Below, piece by piece: positions 30,355 to 39,852 of a stretch of DNA of 64,000 nt. Source of the stretch: Candidatus Nomurabacteria bacterium (GTDB lineage: Bacteria; Patescibacteriota; Saccharimonadia; Saccharimonadales; Saccharimonadaceae); the NCBI GenBank assembly GCA_031275815.1, contig JAISOF010000024.1, forward strand, positions 10,254-74,253. Reading direction: 5' to 3'. The translations under genes were made by a program, and so were the position numbers. The notes beneath the pieces were generated by a model. That model did no database searches and was not told where the DNA came from. It worked only from the letters and a program-made list of their open reading frames with translations. Each line of letters starts with the position of its first letter. The first letter of the stretch is position 1.

Positions 30355-30431
30355 GAGTCAGTAGCTCAGCTGGTTAGAGCACCTGCCTTTTAAGCAGGGT
30401 GTCGTGAGTTCAAGTCTCACCTGACTCACCA
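30355..30431 (+). tRNA. tRNA-Lys (anticodon UUU), CCA encoded
   Basis: The acceptor GAGTCAG pairs with CTGACTC. The anticodon arm is CCTGC-CTTTTAA-GCAGG and the T arm is GTGAG-TTCAAGT-CTCAC. A TATAAT box lies 12 nt upstream. Confidence 0.9.
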
Positions 30432-30492
30432 TTTCAGAAAACAACTCAACCTTCCCGCCCGTAAAGAGAAATTAAACGCCTATAATTAAAAA

Positions 30493-31626
30493 TCAACTCT
30501 CTGAAAAATACTTCGGAAAATCTCTGCTCAAATTGTCATATTTATGGTCGGGGTCGCTGATTGGTTTGTTGCCGTCTTTTGTTTTGTATCTCAGGAACGC
30601 CAGAATGGCTTTTTTGCCGATTTTTTGGGAGGTGGCAGGCTGGTTGATTTGTTCCAATGTGTAAGCCGTGCGGTTGGTCTTGGATAGGGGTTCTATTTGC
30701 CGATAGCTAGCTCTTAGGTTTTGCTTGTAGCTTTTATCTGGAGGGTTGTCAGCTGCGGTTAGTATGTGGGACTCCATTGGCTTTATCACTAGAGTCAGTA
30801 TGTCCTCTGGTGCAGTCTCAACATTAACAGCATTTTCCAGAACTAATCTGGCTTGAGCTAAAAGTTTTTTTGACGAACTACCAATTAAACTTGGTGCACT
30901 ATTAATAATGTCCTCTGGCGACATATCTTGTCCGCTCAATTTAACGAGACGTCGGGCTAACTTGATTTTTTCTTCAATATATTCTTGGCTAAGACCCAGA
31001 GTTGCTGGGAGAGAGTTAATAATCTTCTTACTGTCCAAGCCCTGCTCGTCAAGAAAGGCTATCTTGTTTTCAATGTTTTCTTGGCTATAACTCAGAGTTG
31101 TTGGGAAAAAGTTAATAATCTTCTTACTATCCAAACCCCGATCATCAAGAAAAGCAATCTTTTCTTCAATGCTTTCTTGGCTACAATTTAGAGCTTGCGG
31201 TAAAGTGTTAATAATCTTCTTACTGTCCAGACCGTTCTCGTTCAAGCAGTAAATCGCTCCTAATACGGTACCGATTGGCAGCAAAGTGGCGTGGAAGTGT
31301 CTAATTTTGTCATAAACATCTGCTTCTAGCAAAGACGCCCCATTCTTAAAACCCAGCACATCATCAAAAAAGCTTTGCCTGACAGCCAGCACCCTCTCCC
31401 TTTCGGCAGAATCTGGGTGAGTTATTAACTTGGTGTCCTCGTCTATCAGCTGATTGGCTTTTTCGAACCATTCTTCATTCAACGCCTCTTTGTCGATGAC
31501 GCTGGCCAGCCACTTGGTGTCAAGATTCGGGTTAAGTTGGCCGCCGTTATAGCGATAAACTGGCTCCAGTTCTTGAGGGTTTGGCGTCGGGGTTTCTTGA
31601 CTTATGTTGATTTTTTCAGTTTTCAT
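30493..31626 (-). CDS. mTERF-like repeat protein
   Basis: Three near-identical units of about 33 aa: GLDSKKIIN.LP..L..SQE.IE.KIAFLD. This matches the mTERF repeat logic (...P.lL..s.e.l..ki.fL...G). Confidence 0.5.
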   Translation of the reverse strand: MKTEKINISQETPTPNPQELEPVYRYNGGQLNPNLDTKWLASVIDKEALNEEWFEKANQLIDEDTKLITHPDSAERERVLAVRQSFFDDVLGFKNGASLLEADVYDKIRHFHATLLPIGTVLGAIYCLNENGLDSKKIINTLPQALNCSQESIEEKIAFLDDRGLDSKKIINFFPTTLSYSQENIENKIAFLDEQGLDSKKIINSLPATLGLSQEYIEEKIKLARRLVKLSGQDMSPEDIINSAPSLIGSSSKKLLAQARLVLENAVNVETAPEDILTLVIKPMESHILTAADNPPDKSYKQNLRASYRQIEPLSKTNRTAYTLEQINQPATSQKIGKKAILAFLRYKTKDGNKPISDPDHKYDNLSRDFPKYFSES

Positions 31627-31874
31627 TATTCGCCTTCCTAGTTACTCAGTAGTATACAACTATTACAATAAAAATACAATGGCCTTGTTGACAAGCCCCC
31701 AAAAAAGTAGTGCTATTGCCCAGAATGTTGATTTCGAAAATGGCTTAAGGCTATCAAATGTCCACTTTGCCTCCAATGGCAATGCCTATCAAAATCTTCA
31801 AACCACCCGTACTGCCGCACGCCAATCCCAACTCCAAAACAACACTTCAGTTACTAAGTCGCCCTTAGCGCCAT

Positions 31875-32666
31875 TTATAAACCAAAATCGGGCGAAGAGT
31901 CGCATTTTTCCGAAAAGTCTTCCATTGCTGCCATAGCGTCGGTGTTCGTCGCGACTGAGAACAGTTTGGTGTAGTCATTATCTATATAGGCGTCTATAAT
32001 GTCGTTCATAGCACCCCTGAAATCTTGGTTTGGGTGCGCGTCGATTGCACTTCTTATCATCGATAACGATTCTTCCGCTTGAGCTTGAGTTTCGCCACCC
32101 GCCGTCAAGTCGCTGGGGGTGAACGAATAATTATTCTCTTCCGACCACTCTTCCATTTCTTGGAACTTCGTGCAAGACAACTCTTCCGACCTCAGCAATC
32201 CAAAGCCGTTGGTCAAAAAGAAAGTCAGCAATAGCCCGCCCAGCACCACCAAAATCGAACCCACGATAATCAACAGTTTGATGGTCTTTTTGGGAACACC
32301 ACCAGAGGTCGGGACAACTGGTGTAGCTGGTATCGAATTGGGTTGTACAGCCAAATTTGGCTGTACAGCTGAATTGGGTTGCATGATAGGGTTTTCGGCT
32401 GGATTGCCGTTCATCGGTGGCTGTGTAGCCACTACTTGTCCGGAATCCACCACTGGTGTGGCTGGTGTGATTGGCATGGTCGGCACCGTTGGTGTTGGCG
32501 GCGCAACTGGTGTGGCTGGTATAGCCTGTGCAACCACCGGCGCGGCTGGCTCCACCTGCGCTGTCGGCACCGCCTCTGCCGGCGTCGCCGGAACATTCGC
32601 CTCTGCCGGCGGCACCGGTGCGCCCCCCTGATTATCGCCCAATATATTATTTGTCTTGTCGTCCAT
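31875..32666 (-). CDS. Hypothetical single-pass membrane protein with a Pro/Ala/Thr/Val-rich N-terminal region
   Basis: 263 aa. The TM segment is LLIIVGSILVVLGGLLLTFFL. Confidence 0.55.
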   Translation of the reverse strand: MDDKTNNILGDNQGGAPVPPAEANVPATPAEAVPTAQVEPAAPVVAQAIPATPVAPPTPTVPTMPITPATPVVDSGQVVATQPPMNGNPAENPIMQPNSAVQPNLAVQPNSIPATPVVPTSGGVPKKTIKLLIIVGSILVVLGGLLLTFFLTNGFGLLRSEELSCTKFQEMEEWSEENNYSFTPSDLTAGGETQAQAEESLSMIRSAIDAHPNQDFRGAMNDIIDAYIDNDYTKLFSVATNTDAMAAMEDFSEKCDSSPDFGL

Positions 32667-33151
32667 TTCTCTTCTCTTTCTATTTTATTTGATAGTTACG
32701 TTCAGTCTACTACATTTATGCTTAAAAAGCAACCGGTAGTTGGTGTAGTTCCCTTGCCGGTTTTCTTGGTATAGTTCTTTGTTGGTATGTTCCTCCTGCC
32801 GCTCTTGTTGCACAACCACCCACATTCACAGGTACAGAACCGTGCCAGCCGGCCCAGCCTGTGGCAGGTCGGTTCCTCGCTTCAATCTGTCGTCACAGAT
32901 TGAAGAGCCCTGTGAAGTGGGGGTTGGTGCCAACAAGACCTTGTTGGTACAGACTTGGGTCAGGTGTTTTAGAGTTGGAGGTTTACCAACAAGATTAAAA
33001 AATCCGATGACGGACGGAAAATTGATAATTTTCAGATTTTGGTGCGGGTACGGAGAGTCGGACTCCGGTCTCGTGCTTGGGAAGCACGCATAATAGCCGT
33101 TATACGATACCCGCTTGCTTTCAAGTATATCACATTTTGTTTCATGCGTGG

Positions 33152-33157
33152 TATACT
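33152..33157 (+). promoter_or_regulatory. -10 box TATACT, 6 nt upstream of the ruvB ATG (leaderless-type)
   Basis: Sequence is gtggTATACTaaatacATGcca. Confidence 0.5.
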
Positions 33158-33163
33158 AAATAC

Positions 33164-34165
33164 ATGCCAGTTGAAAGAATTATTGATATCAAACACCATG
33201 AGGACGACGCGGAGGAGCAAAAAATAGAGGTCACGTTGCGTCCGCAAAACTTCAAGGAGTATATCGGGCAAGAGCGCCTGAAAAACAACTTGAAGCTCGC
33301 CATCGACGCCACCAAAAAGCGCAAGGAGGCTTTGGAGCATGTTTTGTTGTATGGCCCGCCCGGACTGGGCAAAACCACGATGGCGGGGGTGATTGCCAAT
33401 GAGTTGGGCGCAGAAATCCGCATTACGTCCGGTCCCGCTATTGAGCGTCCGGGCGATCTTGCCTCAATTTTGACCAACCTCACCGATAACGACGTACTGT
33501 TCATTGACGAAATCCACCGCCTGAACCGCTCAGTGGAAGAGGTTTTGTATTCCGCAATGGAAGATTTCAAATTGGATATCATCATCGGCAAAGGCCCCGC
33601 CGCACGCTCCGTGCGCCTTGACCTCCCCCGCTTCACTTTGGTTGGCGCCACCACCCGCACCGGCGCGCTCGCCGGCCCCCTCCGCGACCGTTTCGGGCTG
33701 ATTCACCGCTTGGAATATTACAACACCGACGAAATTATCAAAATCATTGAACGCGCCGCCAAGATTCTGAACACTAATCTTGACCACTCCGCCGCCAAAT
33801 TGTTGTCCACGCGCTCACGCCTGACGCCACGTATTGCCAACCGGTTGCTACGGCGAGTGCGCGACTATGCCGACATCCACAATGACGGCAAAATCAATGA
33901 AGACGTTGCCAAACAAGCTTTGTTGTTATTGGAAATTGACGAATTGGGACTGGATCCCGCCGACCGCAACATGCTCCTCGCGATTTTAGACAAATATGGC
34001 GACAAACCGGTTGGGCTGTCTACCATCGCTGCCCTCACCGGTGACGAAACCTCCACAATTGAAGACTTTTATGAGCCCTATCTCATGCAAATCGGTTTTC
34101 TGGAGCGCACTCCACGCGGTCGCGTCGTGACTAATCGCGCAAAAAAACATTTGAATCAGCCATAA
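33164..34165 (+). CDS. ruvB: Holliday junction branch migration helicase RuvB
   Basis: Has [25 protein letters not shown] and FIDEIHRL. Confidence 0.95.
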   Translation: MPVERIIDIKHHEDDAEEQKIEVTLRPQNFKEYIGQERLKNNLKLAIDATKKRKEALEHVLLYGPPGLGKTTMAGVIANELGAEIRITSGPAIERPGDLASILTNLTDNDVLFIDEIHRLNRSVEEVLYSAMEDFKLDIIIGKGPAARSVRLDLPRFTLVGATTRTGALAGPLRDRFGLIHRLEYYNTDEIIKIIERAAKILNTNLDHSAAKLLSTRSRLTPRIANRLLRRVRDYADIHNDGKINEDVAKQALLLLEIDELGLDPADRNMLLAILDKYGDKPVGLSTIAALTGDETSTIEDFYEPYLMQIGFLERTPRGRVVTNRAKKHLNQP

Positions 34166-34187
34166 ATGTGCTACAATAGTATACATC

Positions 34188-34577
34188 ATGAACAAAAAAC
34201 GCGGTTTTACAGCCATAGAATTAGTCGTTGTGATTATTTTGGCGGGCGTTGCCACCATCTTTTTCGCTTTCCAAAAAGCCACCACTGACGCACTGGAAAG
34301 AGACAGCTATTCCAAAACTGCCATCAACGCCATGTTTTATAATCTGGAAGAAGTGTTTTATGCTGAACAAGGATTTTACCCAGAAACCATTGGTGAAGAC
34401 AATTTAAAAGCAATGGATCCTGAGTTTTTCACCGACCCCTACGGCATCAACATCGGCGACACTACCTCCTCTTTCACCTATGAACCCACCAGCTGCGAAG
34501 ACGGCAAATGCGCCAAATACACCCTGCGCGCCAAACTCGAAAAAGAAAACGAATACGTCAAGAGCAGCCGGCACTAG
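34188..34577 (+). CDS. Type IV pilin / pseudopilin with a prepilin-type N-terminal methylation motif
   Basis: MNKKRG|FTAIELVVVIILAGV. Confidence 0.8.
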   Translation: MNKKRGFTAIELVVVIILAGVATIFFAFQKATTDALERDSYSKTAINAMFYNLEEVFYAEQGFYPETIGEDNLKAMDPEFFTDPYGINIGDTTSSFTYEPTSCEDGKCAKYTLRAKLEKENEYVKSSRH

Positions 34578-34590
34578 GCGAAGCCAAATT

Positions 34591-35181
34591 TCAAGCCTCC
34601 TTCGCTCCCTCATCCCGCCCGCTGGATTTACCAGATTTTTCTTTCGCCGCATGCACCACCCCCACAATCTCCTGCACCTGTCCCTCCGGATCGCGCACAA
34701 AGCTGAACTGATAAGTTGTTTCGTCTCCGACCGTTGACAGCCGAATCGAACCATAATCCAAAAGATTTTGCAAAATCCCCCGCTTTTTGAAACTGACGTC
34801 CTCAATCGCCGGCAGATCAATCGTCTGTACCGACTTGTCAAACAGGCTGACCGACGTCTGTTGAATAACTTTTTTATTAGTGATGACCAAAAGATTGTTT
34901 TTATAAATCGTGGTTGCCACCCAACTCACCACCAGTGTCAAAACAAGTAGTACTACCGCAATAAGCGATACCAATGATTTCGTACTATTATCCAAAGGCA
35001 AAAATCCCGACTCCGAAACAATCATCACCACCCAAAGCGCCACGATCACCACCATCGCCGCCGCCGACCTCAGCACAATCGACCACCACCCCAACGGATG
35101 TCGCTCAACCTCCACCTTAATCTCCTCGCCTTCGCCTAGCTTGATTTCCGCAACTTCCCTTTTATCCATATCCTCCATCAT
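34591..35181 (-). CDS. Bacterial PH-domain (bPH_2/YdbS-like) membrane protein
   Basis: Two TM segments followed by LLVITNKKVIQQTS...IEDVSFKKRGILQNLLDYGSIRL. I chose the start MMEDMD, which lies directly after the upstream stop. Confidence 0.55.
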   Translation of the reverse strand: MMEDMDKREVAEIKLGEGEEIKVEVERHPLGWWSIVLRSAAAMVVIVALWVVMIVSESGFLPLDNSTKSLVSLIAVVLLVLTLVVSWVATTIYKNNLLVITNKKVIQQTSVSLFDKSVQTIDLPAIEDVSFKKRGILQNLLDYGSIRLSTVGDETTYQFSFVRDPEGQVQEIVGVVHAAKEKSGKSSGRDEGAKEA

Positions 35182-35182
35182 A

Positions 35183-36220
35183 CTACGTTTGGGAGCCAAA
35201 ATCAATTTTTATGTATTCTTTGATTTTGCCTTCAACCCGAAACGTCTCAATCCGCCGCTGCAACTCCATCAAAGGTATCTTCACCGAAACATAACTCACT
35301 TTCGTGTCGTCTTTTTCCGACAGCCGCACAAAATAATAACAATCGCCGGAGTTGGACAAAAACGGCGCCGACACCTGCCCCACCTCCAAACCATGCGCCT
35401 TAATCGCCCGCCCGCCATCCAGATTCATCACATCCACCATCCCGCCCGAAGACTCCACCACCACTTCCTCACCAAACTGCTCCACCACCTCATCGAAATT
35501 ACTGCCGTCTTTCAACAGCCGCGCATCCAAACCATCTTTCAACTCCGTAGCCGCCTCGTCAATCCGCACCAACACCTCTTGTCGAATCAGCGGTATCTCA
35601 ATCACCATGCGCTCATATTCACTTTTTGTCAACCCGTAATCACCCTCCACGATGTCCGTCAAAAACTTCTTCTCGGAAATCTCCACATTACCCACCTTGC
35701 GCCGCTCTTTGAACGCCTCGTCAATCTGTTCACGGCTGATTTTGATGTCTAATTCTTTCGCCAACTTCATCGCATAAGCGTTCACAATGGCATTGTCCAA
35801 GGATTGTCGCTTGTAATATTCAATCTTGCTCTTGTCCTCCAGCGACGCCGCCCCCTCCTGACGCTCCACAATCCGGATGCTACTCCGAAGCTGCATCAGA
35901 TAATCGCTATACAGCACCTTTTCGCCATCCACCTCCGCCACCGGCAACGGGAATACCTTGACAATTCCATAGCTCGCGTCGCTGTAATTGCTCATCTTAT
36001 ACAACCCCACATAAGCCAACACCAAAAGCGCCACCGCCAAAAGCACGCTAATCACTGTGGCATTAATCACAATCTTGTGTTTCTCGTATTGCAAAGGATA
36101 ACGAAACCTGAGCCCCTTTGCCAAAACCTCGCTCCGGTGCTCCTCAATCGTATCGTTCGTAATCGGCTGCCTCGCCATCTTCTCATCGTGTTTTTTGCGG
36201 AAAAATAACTTCTTTTTCAT
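35183..36220 (-). CDS. Membrane-anchored SurA/PrsA-like peptidyl-prolyl isomerase (parvulin family)
   Basis: An N-terminal TM segment and a SurA_N-like region are followed by LLKDGSNFDEVVEQFG...GGMVDVMN...VGQVSAPF...YYFVRL. Confidence 0.55.
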   Translation of the reverse strand: MKKKLFFRKKHDEKMARQPITNDTIEEHRSEVLAKGLRFRYPLQYEKHKIVINATVISVLLAVALLVLAYVGLYKMSNYSDASYGIVKVFPLPVAEVDGEKVLYSDYLMQLRSSIRIVERQEGAASLEDKSKIEYYKRQSLDNAIVNAYAMKLAKELDIKISREQIDEAFKERRKVGNVEISEKKFLTDIVEGDYGLTKSEYERMVIEIPLIRQEVLVRIDEAATELKDGLDARLLKDGSNFDEVVEQFGEEVVVESSGGMVDVMNLDGGRAIKAHGLEVGQVSAPFLSNSGDCYYFVRLSEKDDTKVSYVSVKIPLMELQRRIETFRVEGKIKEYIKIDFGSQT

Positions 36221-36708
36221 GCGTTGCCCTCTTTTGGCGCCTTGTCTATCGCCTCTTGAATATTATCATAGATTTTGTCAGGATGCGAAATATGCGACAA
36301 AGTCAAATCCCCCACCTCTGTTTGAATCACAATCGTGCCATAATGATACAGCCCCGCCATGAAGCCCGGCACCGTATAACTCAAACTGTGAATCTTCGCC
36401 AAAGAAATATCAATCACCGATTTTTTGAAAAAACCCTTTTGGGAAATCTGGCGAATTCGCTCGTTAGTCAACACAAAAACCGAAAAATACCAAAGCAGCC
36501 AATGATAGAAAAAATACAAACAGCCAAAACCGAGCAACCCAAAGCCAATCCACCACTTCACCTCCGGCAAAGGAAACACAAAAAGCAAAATCGCCGTCGC
36601 AAGCAAACAATACCAAACCAAAAACCCCTTGCGTATCGTAATCACATGCCGGCGGAACACTTTCCGCACTTCTTCGCCCTCTCTTTGCCCTTCAAATGCT
36701 TTTGTCAT
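36217..36708 (-). CDS. Bacterial PH-domain (DUF304-like) membrane protein
   Basis: VLTNERIRQISQKGFFKKSVIDISLAKIHSLSY...GTIVIQT. Confidence 0.55.
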   Translation of the reverse strand: MTKAFEGQREGEEVRKVFRRHVITIRKGFLVWYCLLATAILLFVFPLPEVKWWIGFGLLGFGCLYFFYHWLLWYFSVFVLTNERIRQISQKGFFKKSVIDISLAKIHSLSYTVPGFMAGLYHYGTIVIQTEVGDLTLSHISHPDKIYDNIQEAIDKAPKEGNA

Positions 36709-36774
36709 ATATAATATATAATAGCATATAATTTGATGCTTAAGGCAATTTAAGGTTTTGTTGCATAATCAGCT

Positions 36775-37035
36775 TTGGAGGCTAACGACGTGGAGCACAT
36801 TATTAAAGCGTTGCGGGTTGCTATTCGCGCCAAAGGCATGCTCAAAACTTCCAGAGAAACTGGGCTTAATCGTGCTGGGTTTTTTCATTCATTTTACAAA
36901 GATGGCAACAATCCGGGCATCATGACCGTTTCGAAAGTCGCTGACAGTTTGGGTTACCGCACTGCTTTGGTTCCCGCTCGCCACTCAGGCAAAATAGCAA
37001 CCCCTTTACTTTCCTCACCAAATATAATAAAATGA
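36775..37035 (+). CDS. Addiction-module antidote (HigA-type HTH) fragment, N-terminally truncated, with no toxin partner
   Basis: ALRVAIRAKGMLKTSRETGLNRAGFFHSFYKDGNNPGIMTVSKVADSLGY matches the antidote family core. It has a non-ATG (TTG) start and is preceded by a solo MITE terminus (36754-36771). Confidence 0.4.
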   Translation: MEANDVEHIIKALRVAIRAKGMLKTSRETGLNRAGFFHSFYKDGNNPGIMTVSKVADSLGYRTALVPARHSGKIATPLLSSPNIIK

Positions 37036-37063
37036 TACCAATTAAATAACAAAAGGGAAAGAA

Positions 37064-37504
37064 ATGCCAATCATTAAATCAGCCAAAAAACAAGCTCGCG
37101 CCTCTGTGAAACGTCGGGCAAAGAACGAAATTATCAAAAAGAGTATCAAAAGCGCTTTCAAGGCTTTTGCGAAAAAACCCAGCGCCGCGTCCGCTTCAAA
37201 GGTTCAAAGCGAAATTGACAAAGCCGTGAAAAAGGGTTTAATCAAAAAGAACACCGCCAGCCGCCGCAAATCGGCGCTTGCCAAATCTGCCAAAGCCGCC
37301 AATGTCAAGCCCACCACGAAAAAAGCCACCGCACCAGTCGTCGCGAAAACCGTCGCAAAGAAACCCAGCGCAAAAACCGCCACGAAAGCCACTGTCGCAA
37401 AAACTTCTGCGAAAAAGACCGTCGCAAAAACCAAAGCCGTCGCAAAAAAATCCACGACCGCGAAAAAACCTATCGCAAAGCAATCTGCAAAATCAACTTC
37501 TTAA
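37064..37504 (+). CDS. rpsT: 30S ribosomal protein S20 with a Lys/Ala/Thr-rich C-terminal extension of about 60 aa
   Basis: MPIIKSAKKQARASVKRRAKNE is the canonical S20 N-terminus. The tail is KKATAPVVAKTVAKKPSAKTATKATVAKTSAKK... Confidence 0.8.
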   Translation: MPIIKSAKKQARASVKRRAKNEIIKKSIKSAFKAFAKKPSAASASKVQSEIDKAVKKGLIKKNTASRRKSALAKSAKAANVKPTTKKATAPVVAKTVAKKPSAKTATKATVAKTSAKKTVAKTKAVAKKSTTAKKPIAKQSAKSTS

Positions 37505-38192
37505 TCAAAATCCACGCGTCGGACGCGACAGACGTTTTGAGCGCCCTGTCCGTGTCCAAAAACTGCTTCAACATCTCCCGCATCTCACTTTTCGAAAAAT
37601 CCTTGCGATACCGCTCGAACTGCCCCAAAGCAAACGCATGCACGCCCACCTCTTTCGCCACCTCCACACTCGGCTTTTCGGAAAACACCAATGCCGCAAG
37701 ATTTGCCACCTGACTGGCAATCAACCCAAAAAACATTTGCGACTCGTTTTGGTGCTTAATTTTCTCAATCGCCTGCACCGCCTCCGCGTGCCTCCCCGAC
37801 AAAGCCAACCCAAACACCTTGAACACCGCTTTCTCGTCAACTTTCGGCAACCACATTTCGCAAACTTCCGCGTGTTGTTTCAACTGCTTGAAAATATTTG
37901 TTCGTTTATCCAGATTTTTCTCAAACAACACCACCGTCACATCTCGATGTTCAGCCACCTTTTCCAAAAAATCCGGCAAAGCCTCCCACGCCGCCACATT
38001 TTCCGAAAAATCCTTCACCACCACCAGCCGCTTGTCAGAAAACAACGAAGTCCCAAAAAAAATACTCGGCAAATCGCCCCGTCGCAAAGTTTCCGCATTG
38101 ACCTGTTCCGGCGCCACGCCACACTGCTCCGCCAACCGCTGAATCGCGCCCGTGATTCTCACCCTGTCGTCCCCCACGAAAACTTTCAACAT
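37470..38192 (-). CDS. holA: DNA polymerase III delta subunit-like (HolA)
   Basis: MLKVFVGDD...SLFSDKRLVVVKDF...; the length is consistent with HolA. The ATG shares one nt with the mutM stop. Confidence 0.55.
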   Translation of the reverse strand: MLKVFVGDDRVRITGAIQRLAEQCGVAPEQVNAETLRRGDLPSIFFGTSLFSDKRLVVVKDFSENVAAWEALPDFLEKVAEHRDVTVVLFEKNLDKRTNIFKQLKQHAEVCEMWLPKVDEKAVFKVFGLALSGRHAEAVQAIEKIKHQNESQMFFGLIASQVANLAALVFSEKPSVEVAKEVGVHAFALGQFERYRKDFSKSEMREMLKQFLDTDRALKTSVASDAWILIKKLILQIALR

Positions 38193-39055
38193 CACTTCCC
38201 CAACTTCTGACAATTGGGGCAAATATGCGTCCCGCGTCCCACCGACCGAATCTTCACAATCTCTGCCCCACACTTTGGGCACCGCAACCCCTCTTTGTGA
38301 AAAACTTGCGCAAAAAGCTCCAAATAATTGCCTTTTTTTCCGTCCGCCTTGACATAATTTTTCAACGACGACCCGCCCACATCAATCGACTTTTGCATGG
38401 TTTCCCGCACGCCCCGCCAAATCTTCTCAATCTCCTTGTCGTTAAGGCTCCCCACCAACCTTTCCGGATGCACGCCCGCAAAAAACAAACTTTCATCAGC
38501 ATAAATATTCCCCACGCCAGCCACTACCGTCTGGTCAAGTAGCGCCGCTTTCACTTTGGACTTTGGGTGCCTCAAAAACTGCCTCTTCAAATCTCGCCAA
38601 CCAAACTCCTCCGCCAAAGCGTCCGTTCCCAACTTCTTGATAAAACTATCTTGCTCCACCTCGTCGTCAGAAAGCACCTTAATAAACCCAAACTTCCGCT
38701 GGTCGTTAAAAAACAACCGCCCCGCGTCATCAAACTCCACCATCACCCGCGTGTGCGCACTCGGCAAACTATTCAAAAAATCATCCGTCGGATGCCCGCC
38801 GCCCCACCGCCTTGTCCCCACATAAACCAACTGCCCCGTCATCCGAAGGTGCACCAACAAGTTGACTCCCCCCTCAAGCTGAATAATCAGAGCCTTGCCA
38901 CGCCGCGCCAGCCCCATCACCCTCCGTTGCTCCGCTTTTTTCACATCCCCCACAAAACTTTTCGGCTCAAATGTTGTAATTTTTACAACAACCTTGTCAA
39001 TAACCAACTTCCTCAAACCCCGCCTAATTGTCTCCACCTCTGGTAATTCCGGCAT
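38192..39055 (-). CDS. mutM: Formamidopyrimidine-DNA glycosylase
   Basis: Has MPELPEVETIRRGL and a C-terminal zinc finger CPKCG...CPNCQ. Confidence 0.9.
   Translation of the reverse strand: MPELPEVETIRRGLRKLVIDKVVVKITTFEPKSFVGDVKKAEQRRVMGLARRGKALIIQLEGGVNLLVHLRMTGQLVYVGTRRWGGGHPTDDFLNSLPSAHTRVMVEFDDAGRLFFNDQRKFGFIKVLSDDEVEQDSFIKKLGTDALAEEFGWRDLKRQFLRHPKSKVKAALLDQTVVAGVGNIYADESLFFAGVHPERLVGSLNDKEIEKIWRGVRETMQKSIDVGGSSLKNYVKADGKKGNYLELFAQVFHKEGLRCPKCGAEIVKIRSVGRGTHICPNCQKLGK
38972..38990. repeat. Copy 3 of the 19-bp palindrome (TGTTGTAATTTTTACAACA)
   Basis: Exact reverse-complement form. It lies inside the mutM coding region. Confidence 0.9.
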
Positions 39056-39132
39056 ACATCTCCCCTTCTTTCCCCCATTTTACCACAGAAAAACGCCGCT
39101 TGAAAGCGACGCTTAACTCACTTAACTCGTTC

Positions 39133-39666
39133 TCAGTTCGGCATATACCGAGGACTTCTGTGCCCCGCAACCACGCTCCCCGCCGGTACTCTGATATAAA
39201 CATCCTCATAAAAGGGGCTAAATATCAGCCAATAATGCTTGTTGCTCGCCGGATAGCGCCTAGTGACAACTTCAATGCAAGGCGTCCCCTCCCACCCCTC
39301 GTCAATCTCCGCCTTGTCCAACCCAACAATCTCTACCTTTGTCAAAAGGCTATCAGTATACATAACATACTGCGGAAAATCAAAATAGCCGCTGACCTTT
39401 AACACAAAAACACCCTCTTCAATCTCATAAATCTGCGTTTTCGTGCTCCCGACAATTTCAGTTGCCTCTTCATCACTCGGAGTGTCAAGGTGAAGAAAGA
39501 CAAAAGACACAGCCACAAGAGTCACGCAATAAAGCAGTGCTACCAAAAAACCTACACTACCAACAAAGATGGCGCCAAAATCCTCCTTCCATTTAGACTT
39601 AGCACGATAAATCATTGCAATCACAGCGCCGATCACAAGAGCAATCGGAAAAAAATAAATCGCCAT
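39133..39666 (-). CDS. Hypothetical membrane protein
   Basis: 177 aa with two N-terminal TM segments. Confidence 0.5.
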   Translation of the reverse strand: MAIYFFPIALVIGAVIAMIYRAKSKWKEDFGAIFVGSVGFLVALLYCVTLVAVSFVFLHLDTPSDEEATEIVGSTKTQIYEIEEGVFVLKVSGYFDFPQYVMYTDSLLTKVEIVGLDKAEIDEGWEGTPCIEVVTRRYPASNKHYWLIFSPFYEDVYIRVPAGSVVAGHRSPRYMPN

Positions 39667-39821
39667 CTTTCCACCTCCGTTTTTTCAAAAAACCAAGAAC
39701 CAGTTGTTAAGGTACCTTTTACCAACTGCCCCCCCTCAGACGCGCCCGCAAAACTTCACATCTCTTTTTGCACTATACCACAATAACAACTCTTGGTCAA
39801 CAAAAACCCAAAAATCGACAA

Positions 39822-39831
39822 CCCCCCCCCC
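39822..39831. repeat. Poly-C (C10) tract inside a promoter spacer
   Basis: TCGACA (39815) - 20 nt including C10 - TAATAT (39841) - 6 nt - ATG 39853. Confidence 0.85.
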
Positions 39832-39852
39832 AATTCATGTTAATATAAACCC

